Shown piece after piece: positions 1 to 9,082 of a stretch of DNA of 64,000 nucleotides (positions within the stretch are counted from its first letter, which is position 1; the number at the start of each line of letters is the position of its first letter). Source of the DNA: an uncultured Spirochaetota bacterium (GTDB lineage Bacteria > Spirochaetota > Brevinematia > Brevinematales > JAOACQ01); assembly GCA_963835575.1 (NCBI GenBank), contig CAWIGG010000003.1, positions 96,001 to 160,000 of the forward strand, in the 5' to 3' direction. The notes below the pieces were generated by a model. It was not told the DNA's origin. It saw nothing but the letters and a program-made list of their open reading frames with translations, and made no database searches. Position numbers and translations under genes: made by a program.

Positions 1-94
1 CGTCGGGAAGCGGTATCAGCTCGTCAAAAAGCCTCCGGCCCCAGTCCTTTGCCCCGACTTCAAAAACATCTTTTGTTAATTTCCTGGCTGACAT
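1..94 (-). CDS. fprA: FprA-family flavodiiron protein, N-terminus (runs off window)
   Basis: Hand translation from ATG at 94: [31 protein letters not shown], the typical FDP N-terminal motif. Lies 3 nt downstream of the hrb stop. Confidence 0.8.
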   Translation of the reverse strand, partial: MSARKLTKDVFEVGAKDWGRRLFDELIPLPD

Positions 95-97
95 ACT

Positions 98-790
98 TTA
101 CTCCTTCTTAAACTGGTCTTTGGGCGCTCCGCAGACAGGGCATACCCAGTTATTCGGTATATCTTCAAATTTTGTTCCCGGCTTTATTCCAGTATCCGTA
201 TCCCCGGCGGCCGGGTCATAAACATATCCGCAAACCTCGCAAACGTACTTATCCATAGCTTTCTCCTCCTTACGCAAATTTTCCGGTTTTATATAAGTCG
301 GCGCGTTGACCGATGTTTTACCTTTTTTCACATCCCTGTAATAAGCGTATGTCAGCGGAGCGGTCTCCGATAATATTTCCGCTTCAAGCAGGTTCCCGAT
401 GAATATCGTATGGCTTCCCATATCCACTTCTTTAAACACATCGCAGACAAAATAAGCGATGGTAAAGTCCAGTATGACCGGTACGCCCCTTTCGGCCAAT
501 CTATAATTGACGCCTTCGAACTTATCGATGTCCCTGCCTGTTTTAAAGCCGAATTTACCAAGGAAACTAAAAGGCGTTTCAACCGAAAGCGCCGAGATGC
601 CGAAGAGCCTGCTCGCCTCGATCATGGGATACGTGAAGCTCCCTTTGTTGACAATGATCTGGAATGTCGGCGGCTCCGAATTGACCTGGCAGAAAGTATT
701 GCCGAGGAACCCGTTATACCGCCCGTCTTTAAGCGAAGTCATGATATAAAGCCCGTAGCTTACCTTGAATAAAGCTTCCAGATCAACCAT
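98..790 (-). CDS. hrb: High-molecular-weight rubredoxin (flavin reductase-like domain fused to rubredoxin)
   Basis: [10 protein letters not shown]...GSHTIFIG flavin reductase domain plus C-terminal CEVCGY...CPVCG rubredoxin. Start placed at ATG 790. Confidence 0.85.
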   Translation of the reverse strand: MVDLEALFKVSYGLYIMTSLKDGRYNGFLGNTFCQVNSEPPTFQIIVNKGSFTYPMIEASRLFGISALSVETPFSFLGKFGFKTGRDIDKFEGVNYRLAERGVPVILDFTIAYFVCDVFKEVDMGSHTIFIGNLLEAEILSETAPLTYAYYRDVKKGKTSVNAPTYIKPENLRKEEKAMDKYVCEVCGYVYDPAAGDTDTGIKPGTKFEDIPNNWVCPVCGAPKDQFKKE

Positions 791-926
791 GCCGGCCCAG
801 CCTCCGTTTCTTTTTTTTAAAACCTGATTCCCAGACAGGGATGATATTGTGATACGCGGAGAAAAATAAGTCAAGCTTCACACAAAGTCGGCAGTTGGTA
901 TTGATTAATCGAGAGCCCGGGGAACT

Positions 927-2084
927 AACCACGAAGAACACGAAGGGCACGAAGAATCACCAAGAGAATATTTCAGATTTCTTTTAACAAGATTTATTTG
1001 TTTTCAGTTTTGTATTTCATATTCCGAAAAGGAAATCAGATCAATTATGAATTATAAATAAAAATTTATTTTTTAGATAGTAATATGGAAAAGCATTATG
1101 AAAAACAAAGAGCCTTATAAACTTGAGCAAATTTGGTGGGTTATTCTTACAATTATATTCTGCATTATATTCGTAATTCAATACATTGATTTTGAAAATT
1201 ATCGAAACATTTTTAATATAATAATTGGTATTATATTCATTTGTTTATTATTGATGCCATTAGTTAAAGAGATAAAAATATTCAATGTTAAAATAAAATG
1301 GAATCCTTTTTCAAATATAATTCCAGATTCAGATAAATATAAGCCAAAAAATGTTGAAGAACTAATAACAAAAGAACAAATATGTTATTTTCATTGTTTT
1401 GCAGATATTAAATCTGGGCATTTAGAAAAAAGTGACAATATAACTGTTTATGGACCATTTAAAGATATATTTGATACAAGTAATTGGGGAAACCCAGAAG
1501 GATGGATTTGGAGAATTTATGATTCAAATCAAGGTGGAATTTCTTTTAAATGGGGTACGATCCATTTGAATAATCCCCAAAAAGTAGAATTAGTTATTTA
1601 TCATAAAGCTCTTACAGATATAAGATTATCATTAAGGTCTAGTCTTTCAATAAATATTAATAATAAAAAAGATCTTATTAAATATTTACCTGAAGATGAC
1701 TTAACGACATCTATAATTGAAATAACTATGGATGTAAATAAAAGTGAAAATGTTATTACTCTATCATCTCTACTAGGTACTGGTCTATTGCATGGATTGC
1801 AAAAAGTAGAAATCCTTTATTATAAATAGTAATAATATTCAATCTAATATCAGTCGTTTACATAAATAAACTTAAATAATTCTTCATAATCTCTATACAT
1901 TTAATATTTTGCAACCAATTTTCTAATATCAAACATTTAAAAATATTCCATCCGAGAAAATCCAAATAATCGCATCAATCTGCGATAAATTGGATATTAT
2001 ATTGAAGGTGCGTTTATTTCAAATCTTTTATCAACAATAGATTTATTATTAAAACCATTCGTGCTCTTAGTGCTCTTTGTGTTT
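927..2084. repeat. 9-nt-periodic inverted repeat pair enclosing an AT-rich gene
   Basis: Left arm aaccacgaagaacacgaagggcacgaag (927-954); right arm ttcgtgctcttagtgctctttgtgttt (2058-2084). Confidence 0.6.
1098..1829 (+). CDS. Hypothetical membrane protein (2 N-terminal TM helices plus soluble domain), AT-rich
   Basis: 243-aa ORF, visibly much more AT-rich than flanking genes; no family recognised. Confidence 0.6.
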   Translation: MKNKEPYKLEQIWWVILTIIFCIIFVIQYIDFENYRNIFNIIIGIIFICLLLMPLVKEIKIFNVKIKWNPFSNIIPDSDKYKPKNVEELITKEQICYFHCFADIKSGHLEKSDNITVYGPFKDIFDTSNWGNPEGWIWRIYDSNQGGISFKWGTIHLNNPQKVELVIYHKALTDIRLSLRSSLSININNKKDLIKYLPEDDLTTSIIEITMDVNKSENVITLSSLLGTGLLHGLQKVEILYYK

Positions 2085-2126
2085 TGGTGTTTAAATAAAG
2101 GTGTCTCAATTCAATCAGACATGTTA

Positions 2127-3392
2127 TTATTTCGAAAAGAACCTCTTCTTATTCTCCTCAAGAATCGCCATTGTTCTTTTAAAAATCTCGCCCTCCGCAA
2201 TCTGTACGCGGGCGACGCCGTCCTTAACGGCCTGTATCCCGACGGCTTCAGCCTCATGGGCGAAAACCTCAAAATCATAAACCGACGGAATGATGTTATT
2301 ATTGGAGAGGTCTTTGTCCTTCACAAAATCCGCCAGGGCAAGAGCGGCGGCCAGCTTCATGTTTTCCGTCACGCGCCGGGCGCGTACATCCAGAAGGCCG
2401 CGGAAAATGGCCGGGAACCCCAGGCAGTTATTGACCTGGTTGGGGAAATCGCTCCGGCCCGTCGCCACGATAAAAGCGCCGGCTTCAAAAGCCTCGTCGG
2501 GCAGGATTTCCGGGTCCGGGTTTGCCATGGCAAAGAGGACCGGCTTATCTGTCATGCTTCTGATCATCGGCTGGGTCAGCGCGCCTTTCGCCGAAACACC
2601 GATAAAGACATCCGCTCCTTTCATACAGTCCTCCAGCGAGCCTTTTTCGAGGGATGGATTGGTGAGAAGCGCGATTTCCTCCTTCGAGGGGTTCATATGA
2701 TTTTCCCTTCCTTTATAGATCACGCCCTTTGTATCGCACATGATGATATTCCGGGCGCCGTAAAACAAAAGAAGCTTCGCTATGGCGACGCCGGCGGCCC
2801 CGCTGCCGTTAATAACGATTTTAATGTTCTGGATGCTTTTACCGGCGAGTTTGAGCGAATTGATAAGGCCCGCTAATGTCACCACGGCGGTGCCATGCTG
2901 GTCGTCATGAAAAACAGGGATGTCCAGTTCTTTTGTCAGCCTTTCCTCAATCTCAAAACAGCGCGGCGCTGAGATGTCCTCAAGATTGATGCCGCCCGCC
3001 CCGCCGGCTATCATTTTGACCGTCCGGATGATCTCCTCAGTGTCCTGAGTATTCAGTATGATCGGATAGGCGTCCACACCCCCGAAAATCTTAAAGAGAA
3101 GGGCCTTGCCTTCCATCACGGGCAGGGAGGCCTTTTCGCCGATATTGCCAAGGCCGAGGACCGCGCTGCCGTCGCTGACCACGAAAACCGTATTTCCTTT
3201 TATCGTGTAATCATAAATTTTCGAATCATTATCAAAAATCTCAAGACATGGGACCGCCACTCCCGGCGTATAAGCGAGGGAGAGCTCCCGCCTGCTTTTG
3301 ACAGACACCTTCGGGATTGTTTCTATCTTGCCGTTGCCCACGCCGTTTTTTTGATGGTATTCAAGAGCCGCGTTTCCCGGATTTTCTTTCAT
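2127..3392 (-). CDS. NAD(P)-dependent malic enzyme
   Basis: [45 protein letters not shown] motifs. Start at ATG 3392. Confidence 0.93.
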   Translation of the reverse strand: MKENPGNAALEYHQKNGVGNGKIETIPKVSVKSRRELSLAYTPGVAVPCLEIFDNDSKIYDYTIKGNTVFVVSDGSAVLGLGNIGEKASLPVMEGKALLFKIFGGVDAYPIILNTQDTEEIIRTVKMIAGGAGGINLEDISAPRCFEIEERLTKELDIPVFHDDQHGTAVVTLAGLINSLKLAGKSIQNIKIVINGSGAAGVAIAKLLLFYGARNIIMCDTKGVIYKGRENHMNPSKEEIALLTNPSLEKGSLEDCMKGADVFIGVSAKGALTQPMIRSMTDKPVLFAMANPDPEILPDEAFEAGAFIVATGRSDFPNQVNNCLGFPAIFRGLLDVRARRVTENMKLAAALALADFVKDKDLSNNNIIPSVYDFEVFAHEAEAVGIQAVKDGVARVQIAEGEIFKRTMAILEENKKRFFSK

Positions 3393-3481
3393 ATGACAAC
3401 CTGCCCCTTTGATCAAGCTATAGTTTAATACGGGGAAAAACTATCCGCAAGAAATGCGGAATTAAATGCTTTCTGTGTTTT

Positions 3482-3542
3482 GCTGTCCGTCACCCTTTTG
3501 TGAGCGCCACCGGTGCAGCCTGGCAAAATGGTGAGGGACAGC
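3482..3542. repeat. REP-like palindrome, TCCCTCACCA family, copy 1 (degenerate)
   Basis: gctgtccgtcacccttttg...caaaatggtgagggacagc. Confidence 0.7.
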
Positions 3543-3578
3543 GGTATTTAAATTAACCAAAAAGTCTATTAAACCCGT

Positions 3579-3637
3579 GGAAGTTCCAAAACTTGTGGTG
3601 TGTTTATCGAACCGACATAAATGGTTTTGGAACTTCC
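3579..3637. mobile_element. Mini inverted-repeat element (IS5-like ends) containing a 22-nt REP-like insert
   Basis: Perfect 14-bp IR ggaagttccaaaac/gttttggaacttcc; internal cttgtggtgtgtttatcgaacc. Confidence 0.55.
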
Positions 3638-3686
3638 CTTAAACCAATTTTGACAAACGTTTATCCGGCAGATATAATGATTCCCA

Positions 3687-4655
3687 ATGATATTATTCAT
3701 ATTCTTTATCTCCATCATGATGGTTTATTTGATTTTCGGTATTTCCATCTACCGTCTTTCTCCGAAGGAGCCTGCCAATAAAATAGTCCTGATTTTCGGT
3801 TTGTTTGTATTCATCTGGTTCTTATTATTCCTTATTTTTGTGAGAAAGGAATTATGGGGATCGCCCGACCTTGCCTGGCATTACATTTTATACGGAATCC
3901 CCATGATGTGCGCTCTTTTTTTTCACTTTTCCTTAGCCTTAACGCGCAGGGCCGAAAAGCTGAAATTCATCCGGTTTTTTATATACCTGCCCGCTTTTTT
4001 ATTTGCTCTGTATGGGGCTTTGAAAATACTTTTCAATATATTCCCGGATTCAAATAACCCCTTTTTCAGCCGTTTTTTAGACCTGGGTAATACAGAGGTT
4101 TATATTGTTATGGGTATAACGGGCTTTATCATTATTGAAACTGCCGCTGTTCTTATCGCGCTGTGGGGGATGAAGTCGCTGATTAAAAGGGAAAGAAAGC
4201 AGGCTTTCTTCTTTTCCACAGGCTTTTCCGTCAGTTTTATTGTCAGCATAGCCTCTTACCTGTCATTTCAGGTTTACGGCGGGGAAATTTTTCTTTTTAT
4301 TTATTTATCGGTAATTCTTATACTGGCGCTTTTATTCTGGATCGGCATGGCACGCTACCGTCTGCTGGTGCCGACGCCGGTCCTGGCGGTTGAGGAAATC
4401 AGGAATTCCATAGGTGAAATTGTTTTTCTAACGGACAGAAATTTGAAAATCCAGTCCGCCAACCGCCGGATGAAGGAATTCCTCTCACAGCCGGACAGCG
4501 GAATCACCGGTAAAAACATAACCGATTTCGCGGAAATTGAAAAAGAGGATTGTGAGAAAATCCGGGATATGTCAAATTCAGGCATAAATTCCTATGCCTG
4601 CCGGATCCGCTTTAAAAACGACAGCGAAGCGCAGTTTTCCTGCGCCTTTTTTTAA
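3687..4655 (+). CDS. 7TM sensor (HisKA_7TM-like) plus partial PAS domain, apparently truncated
   Basis: About 7 hydrophobic helices followed by 'IRNSIGEIVFLTDRNLKIQSAN' PAS start; no output domain. Confidence 0.6.
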   Translation: MILFIFFISIMMVYLIFGISIYRLSPKEPANKIVLIFGLFVFIWFLLFLIFVRKELWGSPDLAWHYILYGIPMMCALFFHFSLALTRRAEKLKFIRFFIYLPAFLFALYGALKILFNIFPDSNNPFFSRFLDLGNTEVYIVMGITGFIIIETAAVLIALWGMKSLIKRERKQAFFFSTGFSVSFIVSIASYLSFQVYGGEIFLFIYLSVILILALLFWIGMARYRLLVPTPVLAVEEIRNSIGEIVFLTDRNLKIQSANRRMKEFLSQPDSGITGKNITDFAEIEKEDCEKIRDMSNSGINSYACRIRFKNDSEAQFSCAFF

Positions 4656-4777
4656 TGCCTATTCTTTATATATTAAACCCCGTCATCTAATAAGCTTTTT
4701 ATTCCGATAATAGAGGGACGGTTCCATAAATCCCCGGATTTAATAAAACAGCCGGAATTAAAAAACAGGAGATCCCA

Positions 4778-5269
4778 TTGCTTCTGCCTTCCGAAATGTT
4801 CCTGATCTATCTCTTACTGGGTTTGATCGGTTTTCTCGGCTTTGTCTCTCTTTTCTCTTTTACATTTATTTTCAGAAAAAAAAGGATTGAGAGAGACTTG
4901 CCCGTACATAAAGTAAAAACAAGAAATAAAAAGAGAAAAATGCAGATCCGGCACAGGGAATCAAACATCAGCGGAAACTTTACCGAGAAGCTTGGACAGA
5001 AGATTGTCCGCTATATGATCGAGATTGCGCAATCCGGCGAAAAGAATTATGTCAGGGAAAGGACCCTGCGGATCATTCGGGAATGCGAAAGGCTGAACGA
5101 TCTGGACCTTCCGGCCGAAAACAAAAAGATCATCTCCACTGTCCTCCTCTGGGCAAACGGCTTCGAGCCGGACAGGCATATTTCCGAGATGAAGATCTTC
5201 CAGCGTTCTTCGCAGATCATCTATGACCGTAAAAAAAGGGATTTCAAACTGCGCCTCTTCGGCAAATAA
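4778..5269 (+). CDS. Hypothetical protein with N-terminal TM helix
   Basis: 163-aa ORF with AGGAG SD upstream of TTG. Confidence 0.6.
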   Translation: MLLPSEMFLIYLLLGLIGFLGFVSLFSFTFIFRKKRIERDLPVHKVKTRNKKRKMQIRHRESNISGNFTEKLGQKIVRYMIEIAQSGEKNYVRERTLRIIRECERLNDLDLPAENKKIISTVLLWANGFEPDRHISEMKIFQRSSQIIYDRKKRDFKLRLFGK

Positions 5270-5333
5270 ATTCATAGAAAATTGATAAATCGATCTGACA
5301 ATGATTATAATTATATGTAATCCAACGGAACGA

Positions 5334-5404
5334 AACCACAGATTTCACTGATTTCACTGATTTTTTCAAAATTATAATCTGTGTCATCTGTGTAATCTGT
5401 GGTT
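5334..5404. repeat. Minimal (empty) 9-nt-periodic inverted repeat element
   Basis: aaccacagatttcactgatttcactgatt ... aatctgtgtcatctgtgtaatctgtggtt. Confidence 0.85.
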
Positions 5405-5463
5405 CCAATTCGTAAGTTTGATGTTTTTAATACTCAAACAGTATTTCAACAGGAGGCTGGATT

Positions 5464-6828
5464 ATGGGATACAATGGATTTAAGCTGGATAAAAGCATAA
5501 AAGAACTTCAAGGGTTTGACCTGTCAATAAAAAAGCTTGGGAACAGCCGCTATCAATCCGCCATCAAATACTCAAATAATCCTGAGGAAGCCGAATCAAG
5601 CTTTGTTCCCGAAGAAGAAAGGGTACTGGCCGTCACCGACAATTCGGCCGTCAGCTATTTTATTGATAATAAGCTTGCCGTCCCCTCTTTCGAAAAAGCG
5701 GGCGCGAGAAAAAAGCTCTACTTCGAGCCCGGCAAAACCGTCTCGGCCGTTGTGACCTGCGGCGGGCTCTGTCCCGGCCTGAATTCCGTGATCCGCGAGA
5801 TCGTCATGATGAACTTTTACCGGTATAACAACCAGATCACATACGGCATAAAATACGGCTATGCCGGCTTTATAAAGGATTTTGATTATGACATCGCCCT
5901 GCTCACGCCCGAGAAAGTAGTCGATATCAATACCCAGGGAGGCACGATCCTCGGCTCATCAAGGGGCGAGCAGGATACGGTCAAGATAGTCGACCGCCTG
6001 GTGGAGCTGAATGTCAGCGTCCTCTACACGATAGGCGGCGACGGCACCCTGCGCGGCGCGCTCGACATTGTGAAGGAAGTAGAGAAGCGCGGGCTAAAAA
6101 TCGCCGTCGTCGGCATACCAAAAACGATCGATAACGATATTAATTTTATAGACAGGTCTTTCGGAATGGAAACGGCCTTCTCGGAAGCATGCCAGTCCAT
6201 TTACTCGGCCCACACGGAAGCGCGCGCGGCGATGAACGGCATCGGCATTGTCAAGGTGATGGGCAGGGAATCCGGCTTTATCGCGGCGCATGCCACGCTC
6301 GCCACAAACGAGGTGAATTTCTGTCTTGTGCCGGAGCTGGATTTTGACCTTGACGGGGAGAACGGCTTTCTGAACCAGGTGGAATCCCGGCTTCTGACAA
6401 GAAAGCACGCCGTGATAGTCGCTGCGGAAGGCTCGGGCCAGAAGTACGTCCTGGACCCGAAGCACATGCAGTACGACCCCTCCGGCAACGTCAAGCTCGG
6501 CGATATCGGGCTCTTCCTGAAGGAGAAAATAAAAGAGCACCTGAAAAAGAAGAATGTCCCCACTTCCATTAAATACCTGGACCCGAGCTACAGCATCCGC
6601 AGCCGCGCCCCCACTCCCAACGACTCGATCTTCTGCTCCCAGCTTTCGCAGATGGCCGTTCACGCGGGAATGACAGGCAGGACCGGGCTTGTCGCGGGCT
6701 ATACCAACGGGCAGTTTGTCCATCTTCCCATGGAGCTCGCGGTGCAGAAAAGAAAAAAGATCGATCTTCATTCGCAGCTCTGGTTCTCCGTCATCGAAAC
6801 GACCGGCCAGCCGGTGTCGTTTAAGTAA
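5464..6828 (+). CDS. pfkA: ATP-dependent 6-phosphofructokinase
   Basis: TCGGLCPGLN, GGDG (ATP-type), PKTIDNDI, MGR motifs. Confidence 0.92.
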   Translation: MGYNGFKLDKSIKELQGFDLSIKKLGNSRYQSAIKYSNNPEEAESSFVPEEERVLAVTDNSAVSYFIDNKLAVPSFEKAGARKKLYFEPGKTVSAVVTCGGLCPGLNSVIREIVMMNFYRYNNQITYGIKYGYAGFIKDFDYDIALLTPEKVVDINTQGGTILGSSRGEQDTVKIVDRLVELNVSVLYTIGGDGTLRGALDIVKEVEKRGLKIAVVGIPKTIDNDINFIDRSFGMETAFSEACQSIYSAHTEARAAMNGIGIVKVMGRESGFIAAHATLATNEVNFCLVPELDFDLDGENGFLNQVESRLLTRKHAVIVAAEGSGQKYVLDPKHMQYDPSGNVKLGDIGLFLKEKIKEHLKKKNVPTSIKYLDPSYSIRSRAPTPNDSIFCSQLSQMAVHAGMTGRTGLVAGYTNGQFVHLPMELAVQKRKKIDLHSQLWFSVIETTGQPVSFK

Positions 6829-6835
6829 TTTATAA

Positions 6836-7275
6836 TTTACAGGAAGAAAGGAAGCGATGCCCTGTGGTTCGGCAGCAGACTGTGTGAAAAGTCGGTGTTT
6901 TGCATCGTAATTCTATATTTTTCGTTCCGTAACTTCAATAAATATGTGGCGAAAAATAGTTTTCACACAGTCTGCAGGCTCACCAACCAAGCGAAGCGCA
7001 TCGAAGGGACGGGAAGGGTATTTTCATCATCAGACTCCTTATAATGCTGCTCAACTTTTCCTATTGAATTAATAAACCTGTTGGTATTTTTTAATATTTG
7101 TATTTATTAGTTCCTCATTCCCTTTCTTCTTTCAGTTCTGTTCCTGATTATGGCTTATCAATCAACAGTGTGATTCGAATTCTTTTATATGAGGCTGCTA
7201 CTGCCTCAATCCATTTTCTTTACTCTTCCCGCCGGACTTTACCCTGAGTAATGCCGAAGGGTGTCTTCCTGTAAA
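6836..7275. repeat. 9-nt-periodic IR element (caggaaga type) with nested insertions
   Basis: Ends tttacaggaaga/tcttcctgtaaa; a related arm lies at 61077-61136. Confidence 0.75.
6876..6974. mobile_element. 99-bp MITE with perfect 15-bp TIRs (IS1182/IS5-like ends)
   Basis: cagactgtgtgaaaa ... ttttcacacagtctg, with 'cag' duplicated on both flanks. Removing it restores ggttcggcaggctcacc. Confidence 0.75.
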
Positions 7276-7322
7276 AAACATCCCATTCTCCCGGAAAATC
7301 CGGCGTTTTTTTTGATAATTTC

Positions 7323-7643
7323 ATGTCTTTACAGTACGATATCCCAGGCAGTAATAATCAAATTTCTGCAATTAATAGGAAGTATGGGATGGCGGAGAAT
7401 TTAAATAACGGTGAAAAAGAGTTCATGGAATTATTCAAACATTATAAAAAATACGCTGAAAATAATAAAACAAACCAATCCGCCTATTTCGCCAAGCATA
7501 TCCGCGAATATATGAGCCCCGCAAATTACAATGACCTGAAGAACATTTTAAAATCACTGGAATCAAAAGGCATGATAAGAGTGGAAAACGATAATACCGT
7601 AAACATCACACAACTGGGCGAGGATTATCTCTGGAGAAATTGA
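7323..7643 (+). CDS. Small hypothetical protein, possible winged-helix C-terminus
   Basis: 106-aa ORF; 'LKSLESKGMIRVENDNTVNITQLGEDYL' resembles a wHTH wing. Start may be 7389. Confidence 0.5.
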   Translation: MSLQYDIPGSNNQISAINRKYGMAENLNNGEKEFMELFKHYKKYAENNKTNQSAYFAKHIREYMSPANYNDLKNILKSLESKGMIRVENDNTVNITQLGEDYLWRN

Positions 7644-7769
7644 AATATTAATGTACGTCTATTACGGCTTTAATTCTTAAAAGTCAATTTGCATACGCCA
7701 TACAAATATCATTTATAGCGAATCGATTTAAAAAGTGTATTTTAATAAATGAATGGAATATTAATTTAT

Positions 7770-9053
7770 GGGCGGTTTGAAAAACCCACGTATCATATAC
7801 AAATAGTATATAAAAACATATAATCATAGTCAAAGAAAACAGAGGTAAGGCTATGACAAAAATTAAGCGGAAAGACCGTAACTTGTTTGAATATCAGGAG
7901 CGGATGGAAAAGCTAAGCGGCGTAAAAACACCGCCGGATAAGCTTAACAGAGTTGTAGACTTTGAGATGTTCCGGCCGCTGTTAACAGAGATTTTGGCGC
8001 CGAAAGAGCAGAAGGCGCCGGGCGGAGCGCCACATTATGACTATGTTTTCATGTTCAAGATACTGATATTCCAGAGGTATTACAATCTTTCCGATGAGCA
8101 AGCGGAATTTCAGATCAATGACAGGTTATCCGTTCAGCGATATCTTGGGATAACACTTTCGGACAAAGTTCCGGACTACAGTAAAATCTGGGAATTCAAG
8201 GAAAAACTGATGAAAGCGAAAGCAATAGAGAAACTTTTTAAAATATTCGATGAGAATCTTGAGAATAAAGGTGTGATAGGGAAAGCGGGCGTTATGGTAG
8301 ACGCAAGTTTTGTGGATGTTCCCCGGCAGAGGAACAGCCGCGAAGAAAACAAGAAAATAAAAGAAGGCGAGGTTCCGGAAGATTGGAAAGATAATACGCA
8401 TAAGCTTTCCCATAAAGACACGGATGCGCGCTGGATGACCAAGAATAAAGAGAGGCATTACGGATACAAAAACCATACAAAGGTTGATGTGAAGTCAAAA
8501 CTTATTCGTTCTTATGTCACGACAGATGCGAGCGTTCACGATTCACAGGTAGTTGAACCTCTATTGAATGAGAAAGACAAAGGGAAGCCGTTTTACGCGG
8601 ACAGCGCATATGTTGGCCCAACGGTAGCAGGAATATTAGAAAAATTTGAGATGAAAAACCGGATTCACGAAAAAGGATACAGAAATAAGCCATTGACGGA
8701 GAAGCAGAAAGAAAAAAATAGAAGAAAGAGCCGCATCCGAGTTCGTGTTGAGCATGTTTTTGGTTTTGTTGAAAATAGTATGAACGGCAGTACAATACGA
8801 TCGATAGGAAAAGAAAGGGCAGAGAGCCAAATCGGGCTGATGAATCTGGTTTATAATTTAGCACGGTATGTTGTGGTAAAAGGTCGAATTGCGTCTTGTG
8901 CGGCTTAAAATACAGAAGATATGGATAATATTGCCCGTGTTTGGCTGAATTTTGGTAATAGAAACAGTTTTTAACCTGTTGGCAGAAATATTTTGAAAAT
9001 ATTTTCTATTATCAGGGAAGTGTTGATAAATTAGACGGTTTTTAAAACCGCCC
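7770..9053 (+). mobile_element. IS5-family insertion sequence, 1284 bp
   Basis: TIRs gggcggtttgaaaaacc / ggtttttaaaaccgccc (16/17 match); 4-bp TSD TTAT at 7766-7769 and 9054-9057. Confidence 0.93.
7853..8908 (+). CDS. IS5-family DDE transposase
   Basis: YNLSDEQAEFQINDRLS, VDAS, HYGYKNH, YADSAY, RVRVEHVFG motifs. Confidence 0.95.
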   Translation: MTKIKRKDRNLFEYQERMEKLSGVKTPPDKLNRVVDFEMFRPLLTEILAPKEQKAPGGAPHYDYVFMFKILIFQRYYNLSDEQAEFQINDRLSVQRYLGITLSDKVPDYSKIWEFKEKLMKAKAIEKLFKIFDENLENKGVIGKAGVMVDASFVDVPRQRNSREENKKIKEGEVPEDWKDNTHKLSHKDTDARWMTKNKERHYGYKNHTKVDVKSKLIRSYVTTDASVHDSQVVEPLLNEKDKGKPFYADSAYVGPTVAGILEKFEMKNRIHEKGYRNKPLTEKQKEKNRRKSRIRVRVEHVFGFVENSMNGSTIRSIGKERAESQIGLMNLVYNLARYVVVKGRIASCAA

Positions 9054-9082
9054 TTATTTTAATTTAACGAGAAAACTTAAAA

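Noticed and set aside
2061..2876. Long antisense ORFs (also 6094-6771, 52957-53712, 56257-56856, 59624-60388)
   Set aside because: Opposite well-supported genes, with no motifs of their own.
5334..5404. 9-nt repeats as a CRISPR or guide-RNA array
   Set aside because: Only about three units per arm, inverted, with no unique spacers and no cas or effector genes nearby.
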